Of a stretch of 64,000 nucleotides of DNA, positions 41,806 to 52,679 are shown one piece after another (position 1 is the first letter of the stretch; every line of letters starts with the position of its first letter). Below the pieces are notes generated by a model. That model worked only from the letters and a program-made list of their open reading frames with translations, was not told where the DNA came from and made no database searches. The translations under genes were made by a program, and so were the position numbers. Origin of the DNA: Candidatus Binatia bacterium (GTDB lineage Bacteria; Desulfobacterota; Binatia; Bin18); NCBI GenBank assembly GCA_963666315.2, contig CAXXHG010000014.1, positions 138,047 through 202,046 of the forward strand, in the 5' to 3' direction.

Positions 41806-43524
41806 ATGCCGACCATACAACAGCTCTTAGAGAAAAAGACCGCCGAGGCTATTGCCGCAGTCAGCGGTATAACAGCGCCAGCCATCGTCACCCCGACGAC
41901 CAATCCGAAATTCGGCGATTATCAAGCAAACGGGGTCATGGCTGTGGCTAAAGCGCAGAAACAGAATCCGCGCAAACTAGCCGAAGCCGTGATTGCCGCA
42001 CTCAAGCCGGACGATATTCCTGCGACCTGGGACCTTGCCGGCCCCGGCTTTATCAATTTCCACCTTGATCCGCACTGGCTGGGGCAAACCATGCTCTCTA
42101 CCGCGCGTGACGAACGCCTCGGCGTGGAACCCGCCGCTGATCCGGAGAGCATTGTCGTGGACTTTAGTGCCCCGAATGTGGCGAAATCCATGCACGTCGG
42201 CCATATCCGTTCAACGATCCTGGGAGACTCTCTTACCCGTATTTTGCGCTTCCTGGGCCATCGCGTGACGACGGACAATCATCTGGGTGATTGGGGTACC
42301 CAGGTTGGGATGTTGGTCGTCGGGTATCGCTCGTTTCTTGACCAAGCTGCGTACGAGCGCGATCCCCTGTCTGAAATGGAACGGGTTTATAAAGAGGTCC
42401 AAGCAAAAACCAAGACCGACACAACACTTGCGGACAGTGCTCGCGCAGAGCTGGCCAAGCTGCAGCAAGGGGATGCAGACAATACGGCCTTGTGGAATGA
42501 ATTTATGCGGGTCTCGCGTCAAGCGTTCGAGCGCATCTATGACCGCCTTGACGTCACATTCGATCATTGGCTGGGGGAAAGCTTCTATAACTCCATGCTT
42601 GCGGATGTGGTCCGGGAACTCCAAGACAAAGGCATCGCCCGACCCAGCGAAGGCGCAATCTGTATCTTTTATGATAATGACCCAGATCTCGCCGACACAC
42701 CATTCCTGATCCAGAAACAAGACGGCGCATTTCTGTATGCCACCACAGATCTGGCCACGATCAAATATCGTGCGACAACCTTCCAACCGGATCGTATCGT
42801 GTATGTCACCGACAGCCGCCAACAGCTCCATTTTCGTCAGCTTTTTGCCGCTGCGCGAACCTGGGGATATGACATGGACCTGGAACATATCTGCTTCGGG
42901 ACGATCCTCGGAGAAGACGGCAAGCCGATTAAAACCCGTGAAGGAGAACCGATAAAGCTGACCGCTCTACTGGACGAGGCGGAAGAACGGGCGCTGGCTG
43001 TTGTCCGAGAGAAGAACCCTGGTCTGCCACAAGAAGAGCAGGCGCATATAGCGAGAGTCGTTGCTATCGGTGCGGTCAAATATGCGGATCTGATGCAGAA
43101 CCGCACTATGGACTATCGCTTTAGTTGGGATAAGCTGCTCGCCTTGGACGGCAATACGGCCCCCTATCTGCAATATGCGTATGCCCGTATTCGTTCGATC
43201 TTCCGTAAAGGCGGTCTGACCGACCGGCAGCCCATGCCGAACATGCCGGTCCACTTGATTGCACCCGAAGAACAAAGCCTGGCAAAATATATGCTCCGCT
43301 TTGGCGACGTACTGCTCGAAGTCGAGCGCTCGTATAAACCCAATTTGTTGGCCAACTTCTTGTACGAACTCGCCACCCAGTTTAATCTTTTCTATCAAGC
43401 CCATCCGGTTCTTAAGGCTCCGGAGGATCGTCAGCCGACGCGGTTGTTGCTGTGTAGTCTGACCGCGCGGTATCTGAAAACCGGGCTCGAGCTACTGGGG
43501 ATAGAGACGCTGGAGGCGATGTAG
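41806..43524 (+). CDS. argS: Arginine--tRNA ligase
   Basis: FGDYQAN, PNVAKSMHVGH, HLGDWGTQ and GNTAPYLQYAYAR motifs. Confidence 0.97.
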   Translation: MPTIQQLLEKKTAEAIAAVSGITAPAIVTPTTNPKFGDYQANGVMAVAKAQKQNPRKLAEAVIAALKPDDIPATWDLAGPGFINFHLDPHWLGQTMLSTARDERLGVEPAADPESIVVDFSAPNVAKSMHVGHIRSTILGDSLTRILRFLGHRVTTDNHLGDWGTQVGMLVVGYRSFLDQAAYERDPLSEMERVYKEVQAKTKTDTTLADSARAELAKLQQGDADNTALWNEFMRVSRQAFERIYDRLDVTFDHWLGESFYNSMLADVVRELQDKGIARPSEGAICIFYDNDPDLADTPFLIQKQDGAFLYATTDLATIKYRATTFQPDRIVYVTDSRQQLHFRQLFAAARTWGYDMDLEHICFGTILGEDGKPIKTREGEPIKLTALLDEAEERALAVVREKNPGLPQEEQAHIARVVAIGAVKYADLMQNRTMDYRFSWDKLLALDGNTAPYLQYAYARIRSIFRKGGLTDRQPMPNMPVHLIAPEEQSLAKYMLRFGDVLLEVERSYKPNLLANFLYELATQFNLFYQAHPVLKAPEDRQPTRLLLCSLTARYLKTGLELLGIETLEAM

Positions 43525-43558
43525 ACTAAGACTGAGCCCAACAGTCAGGAGTATCCAT

Positions 43559-44383
43559 ATGGCCGAAACACGATACACAAAAGGTCCGGTTTCTATTGCG
43601 TACGATATGCAAGGTAAGGGTCCATTCGTTATTTTCTTACATGGTATTGGCGGAAATCGTCTGAATTGGACGGACCAGCTTGCATATTTTGGGAGTCGCT
43701 TTTGTGCTGTGGCTTGGGATGCGCGTGGTTATCTCGGCAGTGACGATTCGCCTCAGACGCTGCAATTCGGCGACTTCGCGGATGACCTGCTGCGTCTCCT
43801 CGATCAGCTCAATGTCGAGCGCGCCCATCTGGTCGGACTGTCTATGGGTGGCATGATTATTCAAGACTTCTATGGTCGTTACACTGATCGTGTCGCCACA
43901 CTCGCATTAGTAGATACTTCTTCGGGCTTCGGCGCAGCATCAGAGGAAGTCAAACAGGATTTTCTTACACGGCGCCTTGCACCACTCGAAAAAGGCTTAA
44001 CCCCAGCCGACATTGCACCCGAGGTGGTCAAAGTCCTTGTCGCACCAAGTGCGGCACAGCCCGTACGCGATACGCTCATTGCGTCCATGTCCGCCCTCCG
44101 GGTTGATTCGTATAAACAGGCCTTGCATGCAATTGTCAGCACAGATTTCCGCACAGTCTTGCCACACATTACGGTACCCACATTGGTTATTGTCGGACAG
44201 GAAGATCAGGTGACACCGCCGTCAGAGTCAGAATTTCTGGTCGAGAACATTCCCTCAGCTTCCTTGGTCACCCTCCCGGGGTCCGGGCATCTGACGAACA
44301 TCGAGCAACCACAAGCGTTCAACGCAGCGCTGGGAATATTTCTGGACACACATGCTAGACTCGCGTCACAGATGTCTGGGTAA
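43559..44383 (+). CDS. Alpha/beta hydrolase (enol-lactonase-like)
   Basis: HGIGG, GLSMGG and SGHL motifs. Confidence 0.88.
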   Translation: MAETRYTKGPVSIAYDMQGKGPFVIFLHGIGGNRLNWTDQLAYFGSRFCAVAWDARGYLGSDDSPQTLQFGDFADDLLRLLDQLNVERAHLVGLSMGGMIIQDFYGRYTDRVATLALVDTSSGFGAASEEVKQDFLTRRLAPLEKGLTPADIAPEVVKVLVAPSAAQPVRDTLIASMSALRVDSYKQALHAIVSTDFRTVLPHITVPTLVIVGQEDQVTPPSESEFLVENIPSASLVTLPGSGHLTNIEQPQAFNAALGIFLDTHARLASQMSG

Positions 44384-44416
44384 AAGAAACGGGGCTGCCC
44401 TACCCTTTTCCGGTCT

Positions 44417-46468
44417 TCACCACGACTTATTTCGACGCGCCTGCCAGCCGTCGTCATCGTCGTCGTCGTCTTCTTCAATCAGGAAGACGGGCTTAAGGAT
44501 CCGGCGCGGAATGTCCTCGAGAAACCGCGACGGTTTACTCAGGACCATGCCGGTGGCCCGATCAAATATATTGATCGGATAAGAAATGAACAGATTCTCT
44601 TTGGCCCGGGTGGCGGCAACATACATCAGGCGGCGTTCTTCTTCGAGATCGTCGTCCTCCTTGTTGTACAGCGACGGGAAGCGTCCTTCGACTGCCCAAA
44701 TGATAAACACGGAATGCCACTCGAGTCCTTTTGCCGAGTGTATCGTGGACAGGGTCAATACCCCTTCTTCATCGCGATCCGTTGCCGGCACACCGTCAAC
44801 GCTGGTGTTGGGCGGCTCTAAGGCCATATCCGACAGTAGTCGGTCTAAACTCCGGTAGCGCTCGGTAATAATCGAAAAATGCTCTAGATCTTTTTGTCGT
44901 TTGGGATAATCTTCTCGGTGGTTACGTTTGAGCATGGGCAGGTAATATTGCACGATGCCATCAATCTGCTCTCGCGGCTGGAGGTCCGGATCAGAGACCG
45001 CTTGCAGCACAGCCGCAAGCTGCTGTACTTCCGTCTTGACCACCCCGCGTCCGGGGGATTCGGCCAGGCGCTGGAGCGGCTCGGTACCATCAAGGACATG
45101 GTTGAGGATTTTGTCGCTACTCTTTGGTCCCACACCTTCAAGCAGCAGCAGAATCCGATGCCAGGAGACGGCATCCTTCGGATTGGCGATAATGCGCAGA
45201 TGGGCCAGTACGTCCTTCACATGTGTTGTTTCAATAAACTTAAATCCACCCCGCTTCACAAACGGTAAATTGCATCGATTCAGCTCCAGCTCCAGATCAA
45301 ACGAATGAAAGCTGGAACGGAATAACACCGCGATTTCAGTCAGCGGTACACCTTCCTCGCGCAGCTCTAAAATCTTCTGGGTGACAAAGCGTGACTGATA
45401 GCGCTCGCTGTCGGCTTCGATCAAAGTAGGCTGAACGCCCGTTTCCTTTTTCGTAAAGAGATTCTTGGTGTAACGCTCCTTGGCTTGCAGGATGATCTCG
45501 TTGGAGAGGTCGAGAATGGGCTGGGTACTGCGGTAGTTTTCTTCGAGCTTAATCACTCTTGTACCGGGAAAAAGATCCGGGAATTCAAAAATATTCCGTA
45601 CTGTCGCGCCACGAAAGCTATAGATCGACTGGGCGTCATCACCAACCGCCATCACATTGTCGTGGGCATGGGCCAGCGAACGGATAATTTCGGCTTGGAG
45701 CCGATTGGTATCCTGATACTCGTCAACCATAATGTAGCGGTAGATGCGCGACAGCCGGTCGGCAACATCGGGATGGGCGCGTAGCAGTTCACGCAAATGT
45801 GTCAGCAGATCATCGTAATCGAGCAAACTGCGCTCTTGCTTATACTGGCGGTACACCTCCTCGATACGACTCAGTTCGTCGAGTTCGGAAAAGAGGTGCG
45901 GGAACTGCGCATCCAGGACCTCGGCAACGCTGGTGGTTTTATTGGCCGCCAAACTGAGGATCTCAGCAATCGTCTGCTTGCGTGGGAAGCGACGCGCTTT
46001 CTTATCGAGGCCAAGCCGAGCACGAATGAGGTTGATCGCATCTTCGGAATCAGTACGATCCAAAATAGTGAAGGAATTGGAAAAACCAAGCAACGCGGCG
46101 TAGCGACGCAGTACGGTGTTGGCAAAGGAATGGAAGGTTCCCCCCGTCACCTTGTCGCACCGACCGCCCATCAGGAAGCCGGCACGTTGGACCATTTCCT
46201 CAGCAGCACGGCGGGTAAAGGTCAGCAGCAGGAGCGAAGCCGGGTCTACGCCCTCTTCGATCAGACGTGCGACCCGGTAGATGAGCGTCCGCGTCTTGCC
46301 GCTGCCCGCACCGGCAAGCACCAGAACCGGCCCATCTCGCACAAGTGCAGCCTCGTACTGACTAGGATTCAACTCTTGCTTGTAGTCTATGGAAAAACGT
46401 TGCGGTCGGCTGTCCGCATCGTCTGACCGCAGCACATATTTCAACGGACGGCTCTCGTCGCGCTCCAC
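44417..46468 (-). CDS. UvrD/PcrA-family helicase
   Basis: AGAGSGKT, VDEYQD, VGDDAQSIY, ENYRS, TIHSAKGLEW and EERRLMYVAATRA motifs. Confidence 0.95.
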   Translation of the reverse strand: MERDESRPLKYVLRSDDADSRPQRFSIDYKQELNPSQYEAALVRDGPVLVLAGAGSGKTRTLIYRVARLIEEGVDPASLLLLTFTRRAAEEMVQRAGFLMGGRCDKVTGGTFHSFANTVLRRYAALLGFSNSFTILDRTDSEDAINLIRARLGLDKKARRFPRKQTIAEILSLAANKTTSVAEVLDAQFPHLFSELDELSRIEEVYRQYKQERSLLDYDDLLTHLRELLRAHPDVADRLSRIYRYIMVDEYQDTNRLQAEIIRSLAHAHDNVMAVGDDAQSIYSFRGATVRNIFEFPDLFPGTRVIKLEENYRSTQPILDLSNEIILQAKERYTKNLFTKKETGVQPTLIEADSERYQSRFVTQKILELREEGVPLTEIAVLFRSSFHSFDLELELNRCNLPFVKRGGFKFIETTHVKDVLAHLRIIANPKDAVSWHRILLLLEGVGPKSSDKILNHVLDGTEPLQRLAESPGRGVVKTEVQQLAAVLQAVSDPDLQPREQIDGIVQYYLPMLKRNHREDYPKRQKDLEHFSIITERYRSLDRLLSDMALEPPNTSVDGVPATDRDEEGVLTLSTIHSAKGLEWHSVFIIWAVEGRFPSLYNKEDDDLEEERRLMYVAATRAKENLFISYPINIFDRATGMVLSKPSRFLEDIPRRILKPVFLIEEDDDDDDDGWQARRNKSW

Positions 46469-46676
46469 ACCGCACCCCAGTGATTCGAAGATGGCCTAGC
46501 ATACCGTATAAGAGGAGTGGGAGAAACGGGGAGTATGCCACCCACAAGACGGTCTGCATTTTGGCGTTCTCGCCAAAGCGGGAATCCATATAAACCTGAC
46601 AAACCTACACGTCTGGCACGTCTGGCTAGAGGGACGCTGACTGACAGCCGCCAGTCTCTCTGGTATGTAAACAGCG

Positions 46677-46919
46677 ATGACTGGGAAAACTGAGCAGATG
46701 AATTTGTGCGGGGTCAAATGCCCCCTTAACTGGGCCAAGGCCAAGGTACGGCTCGAATATCTCGAACAAGGCGCTCGGCTCGAACTGGTCATCGACGACC
46801 CCAAAGGTCGGCGTGACATTCCTCGCGCGGCAGAAGCCGAAGGCTATGCCATTATTGACATTACTGAACCAGGCGCTGCAGACACCGTCCGGCAGTGGCG
46901 GATTGTGATTGAGAAATAA
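46677..46919 (+). CDS. TusA/SirA-like sulfur carrier protein
   Basis: NLCGVKCPLNW and LELVIDD motifs in an 80-aa ORF. Confidence 0.82.
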   Translation: MTGKTEQMNLCGVKCPLNWAKAKVRLEYLEQGARLELVIDDPKGRRDIPRAAEAEGYAIIDITEPGAADTVRQWRIVIEK

Positions 46920-46920
46920 T

Positions 46921-47124
46921 ATGGCAGACGATAGTCCGAAATTCGAGCTGATCAAACTCGCGCAGTCAGTATTTCAGCATCGGCGTACCAAACATCCGTA
47001 CGGCTCCAATTACGCGGTGAGCATTCGTTTGGGGCATGCTGATATTCAGGATTTTACGGCTATTGCAGACATCCTCTTAGCCGTCGAGGAGCTTGGCTAC
47101 GAGATCAAGAAGAAGCCGGAATAG
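46921..47124 (+). CDS. Small hypothetical protein
   Basis: ATG lies 1 nt after the TusA-like stop; plausible 67-aa globular sequence. Confidence 0.6.
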   Translation: MADDSPKFELIKLAQSVFQHRRTKHPYGSNYAVSIRLGHADIQDFTAIADILLAVEELGYEIKKKPE

Positions 47125-47144
47125 CCTAAGAGGGCTTCTATCCT

Positions 47145-48422
47145 CTACTCAAACACCAGCTCGCCCGTAGCGAACAGTAGCCACACGAGCGCACCAAAGA
47201 CATAAATCCCGGACGCGATCAGGAACACCAGACTCCACGAGCCCGTGGCATCCAGGATAAAGCCGGTCAGAGTAACCCCAACAATACCGGGAATCGTCCC
47301 GGCAGTGTTGGACAGACCGAGTAAGATCCCAGCATAGCGTGGACCAATATCCAGATGGTTCACCGCAAAGCCGGACAAGGCAAATGAGCCAAATCCAAGG
47401 ATGCAACACATATAGACGACGGCTTGAGTCGCCGAGGTCACGCCTCCGATCAGAATGAGAAACACAGCTGGGACCAGCAGGCCAATGCTCTGCATCAGTT
47501 TCCGGACAAAAGTGAGGGACAGGCCGCGCTGCAACAGCGTATCCGCAATCCAGCCGGCGACGTTTGCCATCACAAACATGACCAGCCAGGGAAGAATGGT
47601 GTAGACGCCGACTTGGTGAATATCGACTCCGAGGGCTTGATTGAAATAGGTTGGCAGCCAGGTCAGAATGACATAAAAGCCCCAGTTTGCACAAAAATGG
47701 TTGATAATAATCGCCCAGACTGGAGCTTTTGAGAGCAGCAATTTCCACGGAATCGTTTCATTTTTTGGAATGGATGGGGCATGCGCGTGAATATAGGCTA
47801 CTTCTTCTGAGCGGATCGTAGGATGTGTTTCCGGCGTATCCATCACACGAAAATACCAAAAACCGAACCAGACAAACCCAAGGATGCCGAACAGATAGAA
47901 CACCACCTGCCAGCCCCAAGCCACGACAATGGACGGCGTTAGTAGGAGGGCGGCCACCGTCCCAAGCGAAATCCCGCTTACATTCAGGGCAATCGAACGC
48001 GCGCGCTCTTGGCTCGGTACCCAACGGGCAAAGAGGTTATAAATCGCAGGAAAGGCAACACCTTCTCCGAGGCCCATACCCACCCGAGCGAGGAAGAGCA
48101 CCGTGAGGGACACTGCGGCAGCAGGTGGCGTACTAAAAGTAAAGAGCGACCATAACAGAACACCACAACCTAAGACGATCTTTCCGCCGTAGCGGTCGGC
48201 AAGCCACCCGCCCAAGACCTGGGTGGCAAGGTAGCCGTAAAAAAAGGATGACAGCACAATACCCCGTGTAGTTTGGTCCCAGCCAAACTCTTGGGCCATG
48301 GGAATAATAGCAACCGAGATATTGACCCGGTCGATATAACAAATAAAAGTGCTACAAAAGCACAGGCCTATCAGGGTAAAGCGCCGTGGCCAGTAGTGGC
48401 GGAGAGGCAACGTATTCACCAA
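47145..48422 (-). CDS. MFS transporter, anion:cation symporter (ACS/SLC17-like)
   Basis: YIDRVNISVAI, GWLADRYG, GLGEGVAFP and SNTAGTIPG; about 12 TMs. Confidence 0.92.
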   Translation of the reverse strand: MVNTLPLRHYWPRRFTLIGLCFCSTFICYIDRVNISVAIIPMAQEFGWDQTTRGIVLSSFFYGYLATQVLGGWLADRYGGKIVLGCGVLLWSLFTFSTPPAAAVSLTVLFLARVGMGLGEGVAFPAIYNLFARWVPSQERARSIALNVSGISLGTVAALLLTPSIVVAWGWQVVFYLFGILGFVWFGFWYFRVMDTPETHPTIRSEEVAYIHAHAPSIPKNETIPWKLLLSKAPVWAIIINHFCANWGFYVILTWLPTYFNQALGVDIHQVGVYTILPWLVMFVMANVAGWIADTLLQRGLSLTFVRKLMQSIGLLVPAVFLILIGGVTSATQAVVYMCCILGFGSFALSGFAVNHLDIGPRYAGILLGLSNTAGTIPGIVGVTLTGFILDATGSWSLVFLIASGIYVFGALVWLLFATGELVFE

Positions 48423-48429
48423 TGAATTC

Positions 48430-49400
48430 CTACGATCGATCTCCCTTGCAGGGAGAACTGCTTTCTGTTTTTTGAAGCCCTAGTAATTCTTGAACCAGCT
48501 TCTCGGTCAGGCGACCGGTCTCTTTCATATCTCTCTCTTTTTGAAACTGTTTTATGGCATTACGTGTCTCTGGACCTATCAGTCCGTCGACGTCTACACC
48601 GAGAGCTTGCTGAATCTCCTCTATCTCACATATGCATAGATTTATTTCATAGCAGGACAGGGAAAACCCCGTGCTGCTTCGCTGACAATCTTTCACTGGG
48701 AGCTTCGGTTTGATCTTTATCGGGACAGTTGTCCAGCCCGTACCAGCATCAATGATGTAAAGCGTCACGTCACTAGGCTGAACAGTGGCAGTCGCCTCGA
48801 TTGTGACTTCACGATCGAAAAGCTGAGACTGTTTGATGGTCAGCACTTCCCTGGTATCTGAGATAAAGAATCGATACGGATGCTACCCTTCCCAGACGAG
48901 CAGTGATTTTTTCCTCCTATCCCTTCTTGAAATTCAATACTGCTGACTGGATTAACGTGAATATCGTTCGATTTCCGGAGCCCACACTCTGGCAACTCTT
49001 TCGGACTCTTCTTCACGACAGCAACCTCCCGGCCCTCTTGCGGTTTATTCCGGGACAGCTCTTGGGCTTCCTGGATCTGGCGGGGATCCATTTTCGCCAG
49101 TAATTGTCGTCGCGCCAGGGCTCCTTTTTCCGAATACTTTTCAGCCAGCGCCATATTTAGCCAGACATAGTCAGTGGGGAAATCCTGAGGCACCCCAGCC
49201 CCCTTGGCATACAAAACCCCGAGGCTCTCCTGTGCCTGAGCGAAGCCTTGGCCAGCGGCTTTTTGATACCAAAAAGCCGCCGTGACATGTTCCTCTTTTT
49301 TCTCAGCTCTTTGGCCGACTGCGAACTGTGCAGTAGCATTCCCCCAGTATGCGCCCTGTTACATAATAGAAGGTCTTTGTATGTAGAGACGTAGGGAATA
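48430..49400 (-). pseudogene. Fragmented Sel1-repeat protein with a C-terminal peptidoglycan-binding domain
   Basis: AAFWYQKAAGQGFAQAQESLGVLYAKGAGVPQD (Sel1) and IQQALG..VDGLIGPETRNAIKQFQ (PG-binding) lie in different frames. Confidence 0.6.
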
Positions 49401-49411
49401 CAGATTCTCTC

Positions 49412-49840
49412 TTGGACAACTGGCCTACGGTCTTCAGAGATTTTACCGATCGGGTCAGACACGGGCTAGAATACACACTCCGCGTCCCTGTCTTGGGAGC
49501 CCTCCCAGCGTATGATCTCTTCTTTCCGGCCCTTGGCCTTTTGACGCTACTTTTCTCTAGCCTTTCCTATAAAGAACACCCTTTTCTTTTCAGGAAATGG
49601 GACTTAGTGTCGTGGCAGACCAAGCGTCCGTGGTCCAAAGGGTTGCCTCCATTCTTTTTTGTCCGCGCCTTCCTTCCTCTCTTGATCTGGCTCTGGGATG
49701 TGATGCTCCTCTCTCCTATCCTGGGCTATGTAATCCTGTTGCTCGCCCTCCCCTTAGCGATTCTTTTTCTTCCTCGCATTTGGTATGCGTATGCATTCTG
49801 CCGCCGTATGAAGGAGCAATTCCAGGTGCCTGACTGTTAG
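49412..49840 (+). CDS. Possible membrane protein or remnant
   Basis: 142-aa ORF with about three hydrophobic segments and no recognisable motif. Confidence 0.35.
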   Translation: MDNWPTVFRDFTDRVRHGLEYTLRVPVLGALPAYDLFFPALGLLTLLFSSLSYKEHPFLFRKWDLVSWQTKRPWSKGLPPFFFVRAFLPLLIWLWDVMLLSPILGYVILLLALPLAILFLPRIWYAYAFCRRMKEQFQVPDC

Positions 49841-50138
49841 CGGATCCCGAGTGCGGATTTTAATATCCTTCTACGCCTCCTCCGACCGCTGAGTAAAGTG
49901 CCTGGGGTCCGCATGTTCAGCAAGCCAGGCATCGATCGGTACAAAGTGTACGCTCAGTGGCCGTGTCGTCTCAATATAGCGTTGTTGGAGGGTGGGGGGA
50001 GAAACCGGATGCAGCCGTTGCAACGCGGTCGAGGACCGTTTCCCCCGCTTCGGTCGGGGGGCTGTTGCCATGTATCCATTCTACAAATGAAAAGAATGCC
50101 AAAACGAGACGGGCAAGAAAATTCTTCCGCTACAGCTA

Positions 50139-51451
50139 TCAGACTTTTAGTTGAGCCCAGCTTCCAGTCTCCCAACTCCATACAAATGTAGCCGATTGGA
50201 GGATACGGTAGGTCACATTAGCTATCCAAATGGCAAGCAAGCCAAGGCTCCATAGGGATTGCATGCCCAAGGCGATGGGCAAGAACAGGCACCACTGCAT
50301 GCAGAGAGAGATCACCATCACACCCCGACTGTGTCCTGCCCCGTAATGGGTATTCAGCAGCACAACGCCCAGAGCTTCAAAGGCCATCGTTGCTGCAGTG
50401 ATTTGGAGTGGCAGCCGGGCAAGCGCAAGCGTCGCAGGGTCGCAAGAAAAGCATGAGAAAAAAGTCGGGCATAAGGAGAGCCGGCAACGCAAGTGCGCCA
50501 ACAACCAGCACTGCCATGCGCGCCACATACCAGGCCCACACACGAGCATCTTGCGCATCTCCCGCTCCGAGCGCCTGGCCGACAAATGATGCAGCAGTAA
50601 GCCCGAACGCATTCGACAGCAACAGCCACAGCAGGAGGAGATTAGATAACACATGCCCTGCGGCGAGTTCGGCTGTCCCAATATTGCCAAGAATCCAAAA
50701 GAACGCGGTCATGCCAGCGGCAAAGAATACATGCTGGATACCTGCCGGAATAGACAGACGCAGCAAGACCACGAGCGTTGCCCAGTCTGGCCAACGCACC
50801 AGAAAACCACCTGCCCGAGCATGGCGAAAGGCGCTCATCAGATACGCGATTGATCCAATATAAAGGGCCGTTGTTGTTCTTATCCCCGCACCGAGCACCC
50901 CAAGGCGTGGTGCACCCAGATTGCCGAAGATCAGCACACAGTTGAGGAAGATGTTTGTCACGTTCATCACAATGATCGTACGCATATAGATCTTGGACAA
51001 ATTAACGGCGTTCCAGTAGCCCCGAAAGACAAAGTTCGTGCCCATGGCAATCAAGCCCACAAGCCGAGCCTGGAGGTAGATGGTTCCCTGAGTAGCCACA
51101 TCGGCATCGTGAGTAAGGAGAGGGAAGAAATCTGGAGCGAACACAATCAACGTCACGGAAAAGGGCAACCCGAACAGCAAAACAAGCAGGAGTCCGCCGT
51201 TCAGGGGCACGGCAATCTCACTCGTCCGCCCGGCTCCGAGCCAACGCGCAGACGTTGCCTGCACCCCGGTCGCAAGACCGATAATAAATGCCGCGCTGGT
51301 GAAGGTGGTAAACTGAGCGAGGCCCACCGCTGCCAGCGCACCATCCCCTAGCGAACCCAGCATAGCCGTGTCCACCAGATTCATAATGTTTTGGGAAATC
51401 ATCCCGCCCATGATGGGCAAGGCTAAGCGTCCGGCGCCAACGGGATACCAC
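50139..51451 (-). pseudogene. MATE-family efflux transporter, frameshifted near 50445, 5' end unclear
   Basis: LALPIM..NLVDTAMLGSLG..ALAAVG and LIFGNLGAPRLGVLGA; the C-terminal TMs are in another frame. Confidence 0.75.
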
Positions 51452-51559
51452 GTGATTGTTTTCTGATGACCAAAGGCAGGAGTAGAGTCAAGTACTTGCG
51501 GGGGGTCAAGAATGCGGGGGACAGTAAGCCAAGGAGAGCTATTCTTTCTTTCAAAGGGG

Positions 51560-51900
51560 ATGATGGAGACGAAACTAGGGCCTACAAGAAAGATGTCGTC
51601 GCTTGCGTTCGGAGTGCACTCGGCAAACGCAAGGGTATTACTGAAAAGCAAATATTCGGCGGCCTGACTTTTATGGTCAAGGGCAACATGTGTTGTGGGG
51701 TAACGAAGAACGACGACCTTGTTCTTCGTCTCGGGCAGAGCGCAGCGAAAAAGCTCCCAAGCAAAAACATGTTCGACCGTGTGACTTCACTGGACATCCC
51801 ATGAAAGGTATGGCCATGCTTGATTCGGCTGGCTACAAAACGGACAGGGCTCTGAAGAAATGGGCTAGCAGGCTTTATATTTTGCTTAGTCGTTGCCTGA
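51560..51900 (+). pseudogene. TfoX N-terminal-domain family remnant
   Basis: ITEKQIFGGLTFMVKGNMCCGV in one frame and RPCDFTGHPMKG...LKKW in the next; start codon apparently lost. Confidence 0.7.
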
Positions 51901-51960
51901 GAAATAGGGCCAGCTGCTTCAACCGAACGCGCAACTGTAGCCATCTTAGGTAAGGAGCCA

Positions 51961-52070
51961 TTACCGCTTCACTAGGTCGAGGAATGCCTCTGCCCCTATA
52001 GCAGCAAGTTCACGAGGTTCAACTTTGTAAAGATCACCCCCATAGACTCGTCCGCCTTCCCGCAAGGCTG
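51961..52070 (-). pseudogene. C-terminal relic of an N6-adenine DNA methyltransferase
   Basis: Manual translation ALREGGRVYGGDLYKVEPRELAAIGAEAFLDLVKR* resembles the GRxYGGGxxKxEPxEL C-terminal motif of type II R-M methylases. Confidence 0.55.
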
Positions 52071-52079
52071 GATCGCGAG

Positions 52080-52589
52080 AGTGTAAATCGTAATAGTTCG
52101 CAACTTCGTGATTCCGTAATAATTTGCAGCTTTTTTCAGCTGGGCCATACGATAGTCAATCTGTCCATGATTTTCATGGCGTTCCTAAATTTCATCATAT
52201 TCGCCTCACATCTTGTAATACAGGTCTTGATCAGTATCTCGGATATCTGGAAAGATTTTGCCAATTAACTGATTAATTTCCAGCGCACAGGAGTACATCC
52301 GAACGGCTCTCTCTGAGAACCGACTGACATTAAGAAGTCCTGCGATGATAGTAATTGTCAGTCCGGAGATGATCTGGATGAGAGCAAGAGTTGGCTGTGA
52401 GAGTGCAATCTGAATACTGAGAATATCGATCAGTTGGTATCCAACGATACCAACTGAGACGAGGGAAACTGTCCATAAAGATAAGTAATGGTCCTTTTCG
52501 AGTCGTAGTTGTGCTTCAAATCGGGCGCACGCTGTAACAGTCATTTTACGGTAGAGATTTTGAAGAGGAGTCTCAACTTCTGCCCGCAT
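52080..52589 (-). pseudogene. SLATT-domain (SLATT_5-like) 2TM effector with two in-frame stops
   Basis: TACARFEAQLRL, two TMs and FSERAVRMYSCALEINQL. Past TGA (52206) and TAG (52185) the frame continues YDEI*ERHENHGQIDY. Locally AT-rich. Confidence 0.65.
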
Positions 52590-52679
52590 TCTTATATACC
52601 CTTCCCAAAACAGCGTAAAGCATATTCTAATTAAAATATTATGGAAGATGCTACTGCAACCTTCTCTATCCTTATTCAG

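Noticed and set aside
44417-46468. Helicase as part of a Gabija-like defence system
   Set aside because: No adjacent OLD/TOPRIM nuclease; the context is ordinary housekeeping.
46593-46626. Short repeats AAACCT x2 and CACGTCTGG x2 upstream of the TusA-like gene
   Set aside because: Too short and too few to distinguish from chance.
49871-50191. Short overlapping ORFs between the membrane ORF and MATE
   Set aside because: No recognisable motif, RBS or consistent frame.
51560-51900. TfoX as evidence of a competence regulator
   Set aside because: Stand-alone TfoX-N proteins are widespread and not shown to regulate competence, so this was not counted as support for competence decay.
52206-52208. 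Selenocysteine reading of the TGA in the SLATT-like gene
   Set aside because: A TAG follows seven codons later, no SECIS-like hairpin is evident and no Cys is expected there; pseudogenisation fits better.
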